The translations under genes were made by a program, and so were the position numbers. A stretch of 64,000 bases of DNA, taken from positions 1,151,228-1,215,227 of the forward strand of contig NW_018408912.1 in NCBI RefSeq assembly GCF_002113885.1, written 5' to 3'. Below the pieces are notes generated by a model. The model was not told where the DNA came from. It did not search any database and saw only the letters and a program-made list of their open reading frames with translations. Every line of letters begins with the position of its first letter. The stretch's first letter is position 1. This DNA is from Mizuhopecten yessoensis. Taxonomy: Eukaryota. Shown piece after piece: positions 39,689 through 53,060 of the stretch.

Positions 39689-39918
39689 GCTTTACAGAAT
39701 GGGTCGGAGAATCCGTTTGAGCGGACTGCGGTGAGGTTTCTTGCTTCTTTAAGTAGGACCTGTAGCTGACACCCTGCCAGCCCATCAGGCCGCGTCTTCT
39801 TCCTCTTGGTCTTGGTGGGAGAGGTGAGGATTTCTTTGACATTGTCCTTAGATACCAGTCTTAGTGACAGGATAAGGTCACCCTGGTAAGTCAGCAGTGA
39901 TGTAGTTTGTGTCTCCAC
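39689..39918 (-). CDS. SYTL4/5: SYTL4/5 exon, start of C2B
   Basis: YQGDLILSLR...LQVLLKEARNLTAVRSNGFSDPFCK, donor GC|GTGAGT. Confidence 0.95.
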
Positions 39919-41675
39919 CTGGTGGTAAAGGAATGAGGCTTATTACTTTGCTTCATTGCAGTTTTTTCATGAACAAATTAATCTACTGGACTGCAAAATC
40001 ATATGTGTCCTGTCCAATCCCTTATCTGGTAGAGACTAAACACTCACTCAGAAAATATGTAAGAACACCTGTGTCCCGAGGGATCACATATAAGGGACCA
40101 TTCCCATTCACTCAGCACAGCTTATATCAGAGTACTGTACTAGGAGTCGCACTGGTTTCAGCAAGGGGTTAAAGAGGCCATCTTTATGTCAGCCTCCAGA
40201 CCTGAACCAGGACAGAGGACCTCAGACTTACTTTCTCTTAAAATTACTAAAATAGCCCAAACTTCACTTATACCTCTGATTTTAAAAGTGCCTTACATAA
40301 ATACAGCAATGGAGCTGACCTTGATCTGAATAGAACTGTTTTGGACTAACTGTAAGCTGACCAATGAGATAGTTCCTTATAAACACAACACCAAAACACG
40401 CACAATTCCCTTTGTTGTACCTCATATTTTCAGAAATTACAACCCAAGCTAGTCAATATGGGGTCTTCAAAGTGTGCCAACTGTCTCCTCTATACCAAAA
40501 ACTGCAGAACTTGCAACTTTTAAAGCAATTTAGCAAAAATTAATGGAGACAACTGTCAATCAACATGAAATGTTCAACTTTACAGTTCCATGACAGCAGT
40601 CATGATTATCCCCCCCCCCCCCCAACTAATCTCACTCTAGTACCTGTACACATATACAGTCATCAGGACAAACATGAATGCATTGTGCACCAATCAATCT
40701 TCACACCTACAGACATTCTACGCTTGGACATTAGCCAAAATAACAAAGATATATTCCTAAACTATGTCAGATAATGCATACAAAATATAGGTAGCAATAT
40801 ACAGTAGAGAGTTGCGGCCACTACAAACCTATTCAAGTTTCCATTTTTCAGATTACCTCCCTTTGTTGGTAGTTTGAGAGCAGAATTGGTAAATAAACCT
40901 GTCAGGAGAATTCTTATTACTCAGTCACTATTAAAGTGAGAAAAGAAACGGATACATCGTTGTGTTCATTGTCTCATTTTCAAGACATTAAAAGGTTTTA
41001 ATTAAATTTTGGGAAAAAGAAAGTGATGTATAAGGTAGCAGTGTACAGTAGAGGGTTGTGGCCATGGGTGATATTTTTGTTAAATGGCTAACCCCTGTAT
41101 AATGATATGTAAAAAAAATATAAAAATAAAACTGTACTAAAATTGATATAAGCATGATGAAGTGTGCTAAGTTAGCTTCACATTTTTAAAAAAAAGAAGA
41201 TTTTTTTGGTTCGAGAATAAAATTTTGGCCATAATCTGAAAGGGTGCCTTAACACATGAAAAGCTAGTTATACAGGAGGTAAATTTGACAACAGCACACG
41301 ACGCAAAATTACAAAAAATCAAGTTTTACAACTTTACTAGGACCCAGATAATTCTGCAACCAGGTAGGTAATCTTCAATTTCAGACAGAACTTAGGAAAA
41401 AAAATACTAGTTGCGGGGATCAAATTTTGAGTCAAAAATAGCAATTTTTGGCATTTTTTGGTAATTTTTGACGTGGTAACAATGGTTTTCACACAAGTGA
41501 CATACATAGAGGTTTATACACTTCTCAGTACTTTATATGTATTGTAAATGTAATGCAGTTTACAAATATATATACATGTATACATGTGTTGTGTAGGGTA
41601 AATCCGCTGTGTTTACATTTCCTCGACATGTGCCTTGTTATCAGAGTCGGGCCATTTCCACTGTATTCTGCTACC

Positions 41676-41800
41676 ATACAAATGCATACAAAATATACAA
41701 ATGTATACAAAATATACAAACGTATACAAAATATAGAAACGCATACAAAATATATACAAAATATACAAAAGAATACGAAATATACAAACGCATACAAAAT
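41676..41800. repeat. Low-complexity ATATACAAA repeat
   Basis: Degenerate 10-11 bp units. Confidence 0.75.
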
Positions 41801-42261
41801 TCCCCTTTGCCTTCATGATATCTATTACTTCCCAATAGGACCAGGGATATTCTGCCCCAGGTAATAAAAAAAAAAAAAAAAAATCGGACTCAAAAACTCA
41901 TTGTATCAGTCTGCTATTTTCAAATCAATTATGACTTCATTATCTTGAAAGTCTGTAAGCTAGCCTTGCAGAATTGTTTTTTCTTCTGTTAAATGTAACT
42001 TTACATCACATTTGCTTAGTGTAAGATGGGTTACTGCCATCAATATTTTATGGATGACTGACCCAGTGCTATATTTATGTTGTTCGACGAACTGTTCATA
42101 TCCTATTGTGTGATGTCTAGTTGCTCGATGGTCCATATGCAAATCATACCTTGTCAAACAACCCACCTTACAGTTGTTTTAAGCCCATGTCCATAAAGAG
42201 CCCTGAATATACCCTTTATAAATACAGATTTAAAAGTCGCTTACACTTATTTTCGGTAAAT

Positions 42262-43565
42262 TTAGAGAGGCTGAAAAGTGATAGAGAGGCTGTTTAGTGG
42301 TTGACAGGCAGAGAAGAGAATTAGAAGTCAAATAGTGATAGTGAGGCAGAGTTGTTATCAAGAGGCTGAGTAGTGATAGAGAGGTTGTAAAGTGATAGAG
42401 AGGTTGTAAAGTAATATAGAGGTTGATATGTGATAGTGAGGCTGAGAAGTGATAGAGAGGCTGAGTAGTGATAGAGAGGTTGTAAAGTGATATAGAGGTT
42501 GATATGTGATAGTGAGGCTGAGAAGTGATAGAGAGGCTGAGTAGTGATAGAGAGGTTGTAAAGTGATAGAGAGGTTGTAAAGTAATAAAGAGGTTGATAT
42601 GTGAGTGAGGCTGAGTAGTGATAGAGAGGCTGCGTAGTGATAGAGAGGTTGTAAAGTGATATAGAAGTTGATATGTGATAGTGAGGCTGAGTAGTGATAG
42701 AGAAGCTGAGTAGTAATAGAGAGGACGTAAAGTGATAGAGAGGTTGTAAAGTGATAAAGAGGTTGATATGTGATAATGAGGCTGATTAGTGATAGAGAGG
42801 CTGAGTAGTGATAGAGAGGACGTAAAGTGATAGAGAGGTTGTAAAGTGAAAGAGAGTTTGTAATGTGATATAGAGGTTGATATGTGATAGTGAGGCTGAG
42901 TAGTGATAGAGAGGTTGTAAAGTAATATAGAGGTTGATATGTGATAGAGAGGCTGAGTAGGGATAGAGAGGCTGAGTAGGGATAGAGAGGCTGAGTAGTA
43001 ATAGAGAGGGCGTAAAGTGATAGAGAGGCTGAGTAGTAATAGAGAGGACGTAAAGGGATAGAGAGGTTGTAAAGTGATATAGTGGTTGATATGTGATAGT
43101 GAGGCTGAGTAGTGATAGAGAGGCTGAGAAGTGATAGAGAGGACATAAAGTTATAGAGAGGTTGTAAAGTGATGTAGGGTTGATATGTGATAGTGAGGCT
43201 GAGTAGTGATAGAGAGGCTGAGTAGTGATAGAGAGGACGTAAAGTGAAAGAAGGGCTGAGTAGTGATAGAGAGGTTGTAAAGTAATATAGAGGTTGTAAA
43301 GTAATATAGAGGTTGATATGTGATAGTGAGGCTGAGTAGTGATAGAGAGGCTGAGTAGTGATAGAGAGGTTGTAACGTGATAGAGAGGTTGTCAAGTAAT
43401 ATAGAGGTTGATATGTGATAGTGAGGCTGAGTAGTGATAGAGAGGACGTAAAGTGATAGAGAGGTTGATATGTGATAGAGAGGCTGAGTAGTGATAGAGA
43501 GGTCGTAAAGTGATAAAGAGGTTGATATGTGATAGAGAGGCTGATTAGTGATAGAGAGGCTGGGA
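42262..43565. repeat. 19-bp variant-unit minisatellite
   Basis: Interleaved GTGATAGAGAGG-CTGAGTA / -TTGTAAA / -TTGATAT variants; creates the spurious tail of the 471-aa ORF. Confidence 0.95.
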
Positions 43566-43593
43566 AGTAATGAAGTCTGGGATCTTTCCTTAC

Positions 43594-43755
43594 CCTTTCC
43601 TGTAAGGTGTACCATTTGGGCGCCGAGTCTCCAAACCGGAAGTAGTCGAAGTTAATGGATACTTCACCAAGGAAGTCATTGCGACCAAACCTGTCATTGT
43701 GCCACACAGTGACCCACAATATTCTGTTCTCCACCTCGCTCTTAGAGATCAGATA
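43594..43755 (-). CDS. SYTL4/5: SYTL4/5 exon, end of C2A
   Basis: YLISKSEVENRILWVTVWHNDRFGRNDFLGEVSI...WYTLQER, 162 nt, phase 0/0. Confidence 0.95.
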
Positions 43756-44074
43756 CTGCAAGGCAAAAAACACATTGCTTTGGACAGGCAGGCATGTTAA
43801 TGTGTCGTGTTGGAACTATTTTCTTCCATTTAAGTATAGATTTTGTGCTGTAGAGTTTCAGTAGCAGTTGTTATTTCCCAGACAGAACTTAATTGTATAT
43901 TTCATCTGTCTGAAAACCCTCTCCTTAAGATGTTTTGCTTTTCCATTATAGAAATTGCGAGTAGAAGTCATTACTTTCCAGACATTTGTATATATGTAAA
44001 CTCTGTTTTGCTAAAATCGTTTTTTTTTTTTATTTATTCTACTCTGGACAAAACATTAATCTGAGAATACTTAC

Positions 44075-44177
44075 ACGCAGTGTTTCATCGAAAATTGGAG
44101 AAAGAGTACTTTTCTTAACTCTGGTTTTCCTTTTTCCTCCACGTGTTTTATCAGGAAGCAAATAGGTCTTCACATAC
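44075..44177 (-). CDS. SYTL4/5: SYTL4/5 exon, C2A polybasic region
   Basis: [34 protein letters not shown], translated by hand; donor GTAAGT. Confidence 0.95.
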
Positions 44178-44823
44178 CTACAGACAGACATTTGTAAAGT
44201 AAGGTTACACATATGTTAATTAAGGTTACACATACATAAAGTAAGCTCACACATATGTTAATTAAGGTTACACATACATAAAGTAAGCTCACATAATCTA
44301 ATAGGTCTTCACATACATACAGACAGAAATTTGTGAAGGTCACAATAGAGTAATAAAATCTTTCATTCTCTTGAGGGTGAGATAGGGGGATCTCAACCCG
44401 AGGGAGGAGATTCTTAAGTTGCCAAACACGAAGCTTGAGAAAAACACCTTAACTACCAGATTTTTATTTTTTGTGTGTAAAAGACTGAGAGTTGAGGAGC
44501 ATTAAACACCAACAATCACTTAAGAATTCAGTTCTCATATAAGCTTGATTGACAATTCTATTTTTTTCCTATGACAATCATGAATTCTGTAAAGGTGAGC
44601 TAGGAATTCTTGGGATAATTTCAGACATTCATACTAGTATCATTGCCAGTCCACATGTCCCCATACAATGGTGAAGAGATCGTTCAATCCTTGTGTTTAC
44701 AATCAAAGAATGATAGAATAATACAGATAACTCAAACAAAATCGCTACAAGTATGAACCATGTGGAACTTGATGAGGTGAACAACCTCATTACAAATGTA
44801 TTTAAATAATCACCAAAAAGTGT

Positions 44824-45396
44824 CAATTATTACATCACAATCACCAATGTTACAATTATGACATCACAATCACCAACCTTACAATTATGACATAACAATC
44901 ACCAACGTTACAACTATGACATCACAATCACCAATGTTACAATAATGACATCACAATCACCAAAGTTACAATTATGACATCACAATCACCAATGTTACAA
45001 TTATGACATAACAATCACCAATGTTACAATAATGACATCACAATCACCAAAGTTACAATTATGACATCACAATCATCAAAGTTACAATTATGACATCACA
45101 ATCACCAATGTTACAATAATGACATTACAATCAACAAAGTTACGATTATGACATCACAATCACCAAAGGTTACAATTATGTCATCACAATCACTAATGTT
45201 ATAATTATGACATCACAATCACCTTATAACATCACAATCACCAAGGTTACAATTATGACATCACAATCGCCTTATGACATCACAATCACCAAAGTTACAA
45301 CTATGACATCATAATCACCAACATTACAATTATGACATCACAATCACCAACGTTACAATTATGACATCACAATCACCAACATTACAATTATGACAC
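44824..45396. repeat. 29-bp minisatellite, about 19-20 copies
   Basis: Unit ACAATTATGACATCACAATCACCAATGTT. Confidence 0.95.
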
Positions 45397-45765
45397 CTTC
45401 TTTGTATTGACAACACATACTTGACCTACATTTGGTAGGTCCATTAGATGAAGAAACAATGAAAAGAAAATATTTACATTAAAGAGAGCAGTCAAATCCT
45501 GTTATTTTGAGGAGACCGTTAAAAGCTTTTAAATAAGGTAATCAACTGCAAGATATTCGTATCAGTACACAAAGTAACATAAGTAACTGTTATTGGACGA
45601 AATATATGAATTTACATAGCAACAAATATTGCAGCCATTGGGCTAGGAATAAACAAGAAGATAGACTGGGTAGTATAGTGTAATAACAAGGTATGACTGA
45701 AAGTATTTTATAACACTATAACTGTTGGTCAGTCTGCAGTCAGTCTGGCCAGCATAAAAACGTAC

Positions 45766-45950
45766 GGGTCAGATCGGTGGCGTTTCGGGTCTGCTGGTGC
45801 CAAGTCCTTGCACTGTCGAATGGCTATCTCCAGTGAACCAGTCCTATAGTTGTAGTCCAGGCCGAACTGTACCTCACCCGTTACAGGAACCTTCCCATAA
45901 TTCACTCCACCAGCATCGCTATAGAAACTTGCTATACTCTCCCGACTATC
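45766..45950 (-). CDS. SYTL4/5: SYTL4/5 exon, start of C2A
   Basis: DSRESIASFYSDAGGVNYGKVPVTGEVQFGLDY...QCKDLAPADPKRHRSDP. Confidence 0.95.
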
Positions 45951-46340
45951 CTGTAACACACAATGAGGTGTCATTCAGAGTTATCATATATCATTAACAA
46001 GTAAGTAGGTCACAGGAACCTAGTTTCATTACTTCACAAATTGTTATTCATCCTAATGGCTTCTATGAAAGCGACTAAGATATAGAATAGCTCTACACTG
46101 CCCCACTAGGGAGGCTAAAACTGACACCTAATCATACAAACAATACACTTTCCTTGGGAGGGATATTTTCCATATGAGCTTTGTTTAAAATGACACCAGA
46201 CATTTATATATATAGTCTCTTGAATGTTTGATTTGGATGACATAATCAGCTGTGCCTTGGGATGGATATTTCCTGTCCTAAACATCTACTTTAATGCTTC
46301 AAATGGATCTAGAGCCTTCTAGCAGACACATGCTACTTAC

Positions 46341-46448
46341 AGCAACAGTGGATAGAAGGTTGCCACGACTGCTCCCATAGGAACTCTGGGTAGAGGCCTT
46401 ATGGCTGGCTACTAGTTCGTCTATATCAGCCTCACTGTCATCCTCCTT
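46341..46448 (-). CDS. SYTL4/5: SYTL4/5 linker exon
   Basis: tttgtAG|KEDDSEADIDELVASHKASTQSSYGSSRGNLLSTVA|GTAAGT, 108 nt, phase 0/0. Confidence 0.8.
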
Positions 46449-47639
46449 CTACAAAAGCAGACAGCAAAATGGGGTTCAAGCAATACAGGGTTAAAGCAAA
46501 CTGTAAAGTGGGATTCAAGCAACATTTTAAACCTCAATTCTGCTGAGCATCAATTTTGGAATGAAAAAGTGGAAAATTTGGCTGACAGCGCTTTAATTTC
46601 TAGACAATAAAGGACTGCATGATTTAAAATCTATTTCAAATTTATGTACTACAACTGGTTTCAATAGCTGAAATAATACAAAACATTCTGCAGGTGAAAA
46701 TGCCTAACAGTGGTTAGTCAGGTGATGAGGTAGGTAAGAGGTGGCTTTGGGATCTCCTTTGTCGTGACATAACCAACAGTCAGTTAAAACAAGCAAGTCT
46801 TCAATGGTGAGTGTCCCTCATTTATCTACAATCACCACTGAATGAATCAGATTTTAATTGCTAGTTTTCTTGTGACATTTTGTCTTGTCTGTCGTACTTT
46901 TTCAAGACCTTAGGGATTGGCCAGTTCCCATGACCTTGCTTTTCGCCATTTGGTGATACAATGTACTGATATTTGTTAAGTTCTTATGCCCTTATATTCT
47001 TATTAGATGACCTCTCTTTATAATGACCTTTGCTGAAGCTAACAGAATCCACATGACCTTATTTCATTGAGGATTGCTACAGGAACTCACTTTCATTTGA
47101 CTTTGATGTTTTGCTAGATGACCTAGCTTTTTCATGTGACCTTGAGGACTGCTACATAACCTTGCTTTGAAATAAACTCTGATGAAACTTATAAAATCTA
47201 CAAGACCTTGAGGTTAAGCCCTACATCTGGGGTTATGTTACTGAGAGGACAATGCCCTGTGTCCCTGAGCAGGAACTACCAACAACTCCCTAGGTATCAG
47301 AATACAAATGTATCACTTACTGACATCTGCTGTTTCCTGTTCATACCTATTTTATTTCACACCAGTTCACTTCATAAAAATCCTATTTGGTTCAAGATTG
47401 ATAATCTGCCTTTAAAACAAGGAGATAGTTCAGGGAACCCAGCTGAAGTAAGACCTATTTGTATAAGATTGATTATCCCGAAGGATGTAGAGGAGTTCAA
47501 ACGCCATTAGGTAGCAAGCGAGCATTTATCATAGGAGATAATGACTGCAATTAACACTCTCTTTCTGTCACAAGACAAATGGCTGATGGTGATTGATGCC
47601 ACGGATATTTCCAAAGTTTATAAACAAACCATAATTATG

Positions 47640-48020
47640 TCCTAGAATTGTAAATGTGACAATTTCGATCTTGGGCTATCCGGGAAATCCTCTCATTGGT
47701 TGAAATTTCTCAAAAGGCACCTTGCCAATTCTAACCAAACTAAGTATGAACAAACTTTGTCCTAAACAAGTGTGGTCGTTTTTCAGGTTGATTCAAAATC
47801 AACGAAGATGCCTTGATCTTCTGAGACGTTTTCAAATAAAAGTTTCAACAGGTTGACATTGACCAAAATGTTACAAATATTTCTCTTATTGCTCTAACCA
47901 AGCATTGTTATTGTTTATTGTTTGCCTTGGTAAGAAATCCCAGGAGGCTACTATAGTCTACTTTGCTGTGGATAACTGATAATCAAAGGTGAATGATACA
48001 GGCCTTATGGCCTCCTCTTT
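47640..48020 (+). mobile_element. Degraded HINE-like element end
   Basis: AGGTGAATGATAC-AGGCCTTATGGCCT-CCTCTTTT terminus resembling 301-335; left boundary approximate. Confidence 0.35.
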
Positions 48021-48235
48021 TATTTCAAGTTTATTGTATTTCTCATGTGTCTGAGGAGCCAGTTGATACATAAATTTAAAGTTTAATGGACCAACAGGAA
48101 TTTTAAGGGTTGTTGGAATTAGTTCCACGAGTGCCAAGAGATTTATTTAGCGACATCTTTTTTCTTGTGTCTCCTAACATGTAATTAAGTACTCTCAAGT
48201 CTGAACTTCCTACAGTCTTGATTCTATAACTTAAT

Positions 48236-48525
48236 GTTAATACAACATACAACATTGAACCAGGGCACAAAGTTAATACAACATACAACATTGAACCAGA
48301 GCCCAAAGTTAATACAACATACAACATTGAAACAGGGCACAGAGTTAATACAACATTGAACCAGGGCACAAAGTTAATACAACATACAACATTGAACCAG
48401 GGCCCAAAGTTAATACAACATACAACATTGAAACAGGGCCCAAATTTAATACAACATACAACATTGAACCAGGGCCCAAAGTTAATACAACATACAACAT
48501 TGAACCAGGGCACAAAGTTAATACA
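48236..48525. repeat. 36-bp minisatellite x8
   Basis: Unit AACATTGAACCAGGGCACAAAGTTAATACAACATAC. Confidence 0.93.
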
Positions 48526-49539
48526 TTTATTTGCAGAACAGTTTTTTATTTAACCCTTTGGTACAATTCAAATATATCTAAATTATCATATTTCAGTCAA
48601 CTTGATAAAAAACTTCAATCAATGAAAAAAGTTCAGACAAATGTGAAAATACCGATCAAAGACATGAAGTTTTTTAACCTAGCCCCTTGAGGTGATATAC
48701 TGATAGCCAACCAGTTAGAACCAATAAATGGAATTGGATATTGAGAGTGCCGATTTTTAAAATTCACTTCCTGCTGCAGTGGGACTGATGAGGGTCCCTA
48801 ACGTTTACAGGCCTATTCTAGTATTTTGTTACAACCTCCACTATGACCATTATAATATTACAAGCTGGAAGAGTTATGTTCAAGCTTTTCATCTTCAGCT
48901 TATCTCAAATTCTCAAAGCAATTAAAAACATTTGAAAAGTTATTGCTACAGCATTTTAATGTGCTACATAAAATGTTTTTAATGTAAATATATCTTTAAA
49001 TGTTAAAAAAACAACCCCTATTTCATAGGACTTCTTTCTAACCTCCCTGATGGTTTAGCAACCCTGCTACAGATCAGAAGGACGATGAGGCCATATTGTC
49101 ATGTGACGTTAAAAGTATAATATAACAAGTTGCATTCATCCAATATCATGAAACAACACGGCTATGATCATTTTGAAAAGGCCTGCACGCTAAAGATACT
49201 GTGGAACAGAAGTTTTCATCAATTTATTTCAATACCGATGCACCATGATACATTCCATGTCAGGTTCAATGTGTTTACATCGTACACGGATCCTCATCTC
49301 CTACAGTCACAAATCCATTCTACAAACAAATTAGATTCTGTGGCAAACAGCCAAACCATATTTGTACATATTTTATATATATATATCAATATACATTCTT
49401 AGTAATACAGAACATCTGATCACGACTGATGCTCTATGTAATACGATTTGTAACAAACTTCAAGTCTGAAACTCTGTGAAAGTACGTCACAACAAGGGAC
49501 AATATGGAGATATCAATCTAATAATTGTATTGATGAAAG

Positions 49540-49844
49540 TGTGCACACAAACAGACAGACATGTTATCAGCCCACAAACATAGTCAGACCGTTGTTTGGT
49601 GCACACAAACAGGCAGACATGTTATTAGCCCACAAACATAGTCAGACTGTTGTTTGGTACACACAAACAGACAGACGTGTTATCAGCCCACAAACATAGT
49701 CAGACCGTTGTTTGGTGCACACAAACAGGCAGACATGTTATCAGCCCACAAACATAGTCAGACCGTTGTTTGGTGCACACAAACAGACAGACATGTTATC
49801 AACCCACAAACATTGTCAGACTGTTGTTTGGTGCACACAAACAG
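49540..49844. repeat. 58-bp minisatellite, left part (resumes at 52112-52195)
   Basis: Unit CCCACAAACATAGTCAGACCGTTGTTTGGTGCACACAAACAGGCAGACATGTTATCAG on both sides of the retrotransposon. Confidence 0.93.
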
Positions 49845-50103
49845 TTATAGACCTCTGACTAGGACTACCTTCTTGTGTTACCTGAAAGATACTTTGAGCA
49901 GACTAGGCTATGAAGATAGATTTTTTAGTGGCCATTCTTTTAGAATTGGTGCCTGCACCTCAGGGGCAGCAGGAGGGGTCGAAGGTCATGTCCTCCAAGT
50001 TTTGGGTAGATGGAAGTCTGACTGTTTCACTCGTTATATACACACCCATCCTTCCACTATTAAACAGGCCCAGGAAAACATGAATATATCGGAATCTATG
50101 TAA
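49845..50103 (+). pseudogene. Tyrosine recombinase C-terminal fragment
   Basis: RPLTRTTF...FSGHSFRIGACTSGAAGG...VLGRWKSDCFTRYI retains the HxxR, W and catalytic Y motifs of DIRS-order recombinases; N-terminus missing. Confidence 0.88.
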
Positions 50104-52111
50104 CCTACCATGTGTATGTATTTTTATATGTGTAACCATTTTTTATGTAATATTTCTGTTTTACAATTCTTGGGGGCTCTCGCTCTGTTACTTCACATTT
50201 ACATTTGTATCTGTAACCTTCGTTCGATTGGACATGTAATTCGGGAATTATACCCCCAATTCATTATATGCTTGTTGTTGTATTTTTATTTTTGCAATCA
50301 TAACCAGTTTGTGTGCCTGCCGGGGAGCACCCCCTTTAAGTCACGTACATTTCTTAATCCTGGTTTGCTTTTTGATAATCTAACATAGTTTTAGGGTAGG
50401 TGACTTAGGGCGTGCTTAGCTAGTCAGAGTATAACTGTGTAAGTGCCTGTTGGGGATCGCCCTGTAAACCATGTTTCTTACTTATACTCTGAACACTCAG
50501 GCACCGGGGTCGCTCGATGCCTGTTTGCAGGGCCGCCTGTTAGCTACTCGCTCCACAGCTTGGGATCGCTCAAGCCCTGGGGATCACCCCACAACTTATT
50601 CTAGTCACCAGCTTGAGATCGCTCAAGCCGGGGATCGCCCCACTCTTCTTTTAAGTTAAGTGTGTTGTTTTTAATTTCCTGTTGCTGTAAATAGATATGT
50701 TTGTAACCAACTATGTTGTAGTTAGTTTAAGTAACAGAGAGCAGCCCCTAAGAATGCCAAAAGATAACTAATATAACCTGAACAAGTTACTTTAAATTTA
50801 GACTCAATAAATTTTTGAACTTTAATTCTTTGTTTTGTTGTGTATAAAATGTTTATTTGGGTTTACCTAAATAATTGTTTGTACACAATATTTACTATCA
50901 TCTACGCTACCATATTTGGTAAGGTGTACAGTTTGTCACGTGACCTGGTTGACCAATGGTCATTCAGCCTATAGGGATAGCCCTATTGATATTGTCTTCA
51001 GCCATTTTAAGCAGTCTCAGTATCAGCACTGTCTGTTTTTGTCCCCACCATCCACCCCTTCACCACCTTGCTTGTTCAGGTTTTATTTATTTATGTATTT
51101 TTTATATAGGTACATCATAATATTTCTTTAATACTGTATGTTTATATCTCTGATTTTTATTGTATCATGTATATTTATTTTGTTGTTGCTGGTGTTGTGT
51201 TGTTGTTTATTTTGTTGTTGTTGTTTTTTGTGGTTTTATTTTTATTTTATTTTTATTTTTTTTATTTTTTGTGATGTAACTTGTTCAGGAAAGAGATAAG
51301 GCCATTTAGGGTGAGACAACACCTGGTCGGCTGGTCTGAGCATTGGATAAACCTACCTCCCTGTAAAGAAACATATCAGGTTGGGGCAGCCGGCTCGCAG
51401 CACTTTGTTCCACAGTTTCAAGCTTACTTTGTATTTCTTCACTTACCAGATTCTCTATTGTAAATGGGCTGCTCTTATTAGTGTAAGGGAATGGACATGT
51501 AATTCGGGAATTATACCCCCAATTCATTATATGCTTGTTGTTGTATTTTTATTTTTGCAATCATAACCAGTTTGTGTGCCTGCCGGGGAGCACCCCCTTT
51601 AAGTCACGTACATTTCTTAATCCTGGTTTGCTTTTTGATAATCTAACATAGTTTTAGGGTAGGTGACTTAGGGCGTGCTTAGCTAGTCAGAGTATAACTG
51701 TGTAAGTGCCTGTTGGGGATCGCCCTGTAAACCATGTTTCTTACTTATACTCTGAACACTCAGGCACCGGGGTCGCTCGATGCCTGTTTGCAGGGCCGCC
51801 TGTTAGCTACTCGCTCCACAGCTTGGGATCGCTCAAGCCCTGGGGATCACCCCACAACTTATTCTAGTCACCAGCTTGAGATCGCTCAAGCCGGGGATCG
51901 CCCCACTCTTCTTTTAAGTTAAGTGTGTTGTTTTTAATTTCCTTTTGCTGTAAATAGATATGTTTGTAACCAACTATGTTGTAGTTAGTTTAAGTAACAG
52001 AGAGCAGCCCCTAAGAATGCCAAAAGATAACTAATATAACCTGAACAAGTTACTTTAAATTTAGACTCAATAAATTTTTGAACTTTAATTCTTTGTTTTG
52101 TTGTGTATAAA
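49845..52111 (+). mobile_element. 5'-truncated tyrosine-recombinase retrotransposon, Ngaro/PAT type (split direct repeats B1-A2-B2)
   Basis: YR C-terminus followed by two near-identical 620-bp direct repeats (50229-50848, 51492-52111) around a unique 643-bp segment; no TSD. Confidence 0.85.
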
Positions 52112-52600
52112 CCCACAAACATAGTCAGACTGTTGTTTGGTGCACACAAACAGGCAGACATGTTATCAGCCTACAAACATAGTCAGATCGTTGTTGGCAG
52201 CTACCAGTATCATTTCTGACCTATATTTTGAGTTTATACATCAATTTACCATCGGTGTTGACATACTGTTACTAAATCTATCAAAATTAGATGTCTGCAG
52301 TCTACTGCTAATGATTATAGGGGTGGCATGACTAGAGGAATTCAATATAGCAGTCATCAATTTTAGCAAGAAATGCTGAAAAGAGTCTCACATTCTGTTT
52401 TTGGGGAAAAGGAAGGGGGATAGTTCTCTGATAGCTATGAGTCAATAATACCACTCCAAATCTATCGGAGTAAATTTAATCAGGATGCACTTTTTTTTTG
52501 TGATGAGACAGAAGTTGAAAAATTACAACTATATAGGCTAAGAATGTCTGTTTTCCTTCCAATCCTTTCTTGCTTGTATCTACTGCTGTCCCATCCATTA

Positions 52601-53060
52601 ACCTAGATCTGCTGTAACTATTACCACCCCTATTTTACCTAGATCTGCTGTTACTATTACCACCCCTATTTTACCTAGATCTGCTGTTACTATTCCCACT
52701 CCTATTTTACCTAGATCTGCTGTTACTATTTTAACCCCTATTTTACCTAGATCTGCTGTAACTATTCCCACCCCTATTTTACCTAGATCTGCTGTAACTA
52801 TTCCCACCCCTATTTTACCTAGATCTGCTGCAACTATTTCCACCGCTATTTTACCTAGATCTGCTGTTACTTTTTTAACCCCTATTTTACCTAGTAGATC
52901 TGCTGTAACTATTCCCACCCCTATTTTACCTAGATCTGCTGTAACTATTCCCACCCCTATTTTACCTAGATCTGCTGTTACTATTACCACCCCTATTTTA
53001 CCTAGATCTGCTGTAACTATTCCCACCCCTATTTTATTAATATCTGATGTTACTTTTCCC
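52601..53060. repeat. 36-bp minisatellite, about 12 copies
   Basis: Unit ACCTAGATCTGCTGTAACTATTCCCACCCCTATTTT. Confidence 0.95.

Noticed and set aside
42358-43593. Long S/L/T/Y tail of the 471-aa ORF
   Set aside because: Intronic 19-bp repeat read through past a canonical donor at 43593.
50229-52111. LTR pair (TRIM or solo-LTR structure)
   Set aside because: No TG...CA ends, TSD, PBS or PPT seen, and the adjacent tyrosine recombinase points to split direct repeats.
34035-53060. Three arrays sharing a 36-bp period, and several other periods divisible by 3
   Set aside because: No sequence similarity among them, and many arrays have other periods (19, 22, 25, 29, 44, 55, 58, 65, 73); consistent with chance.
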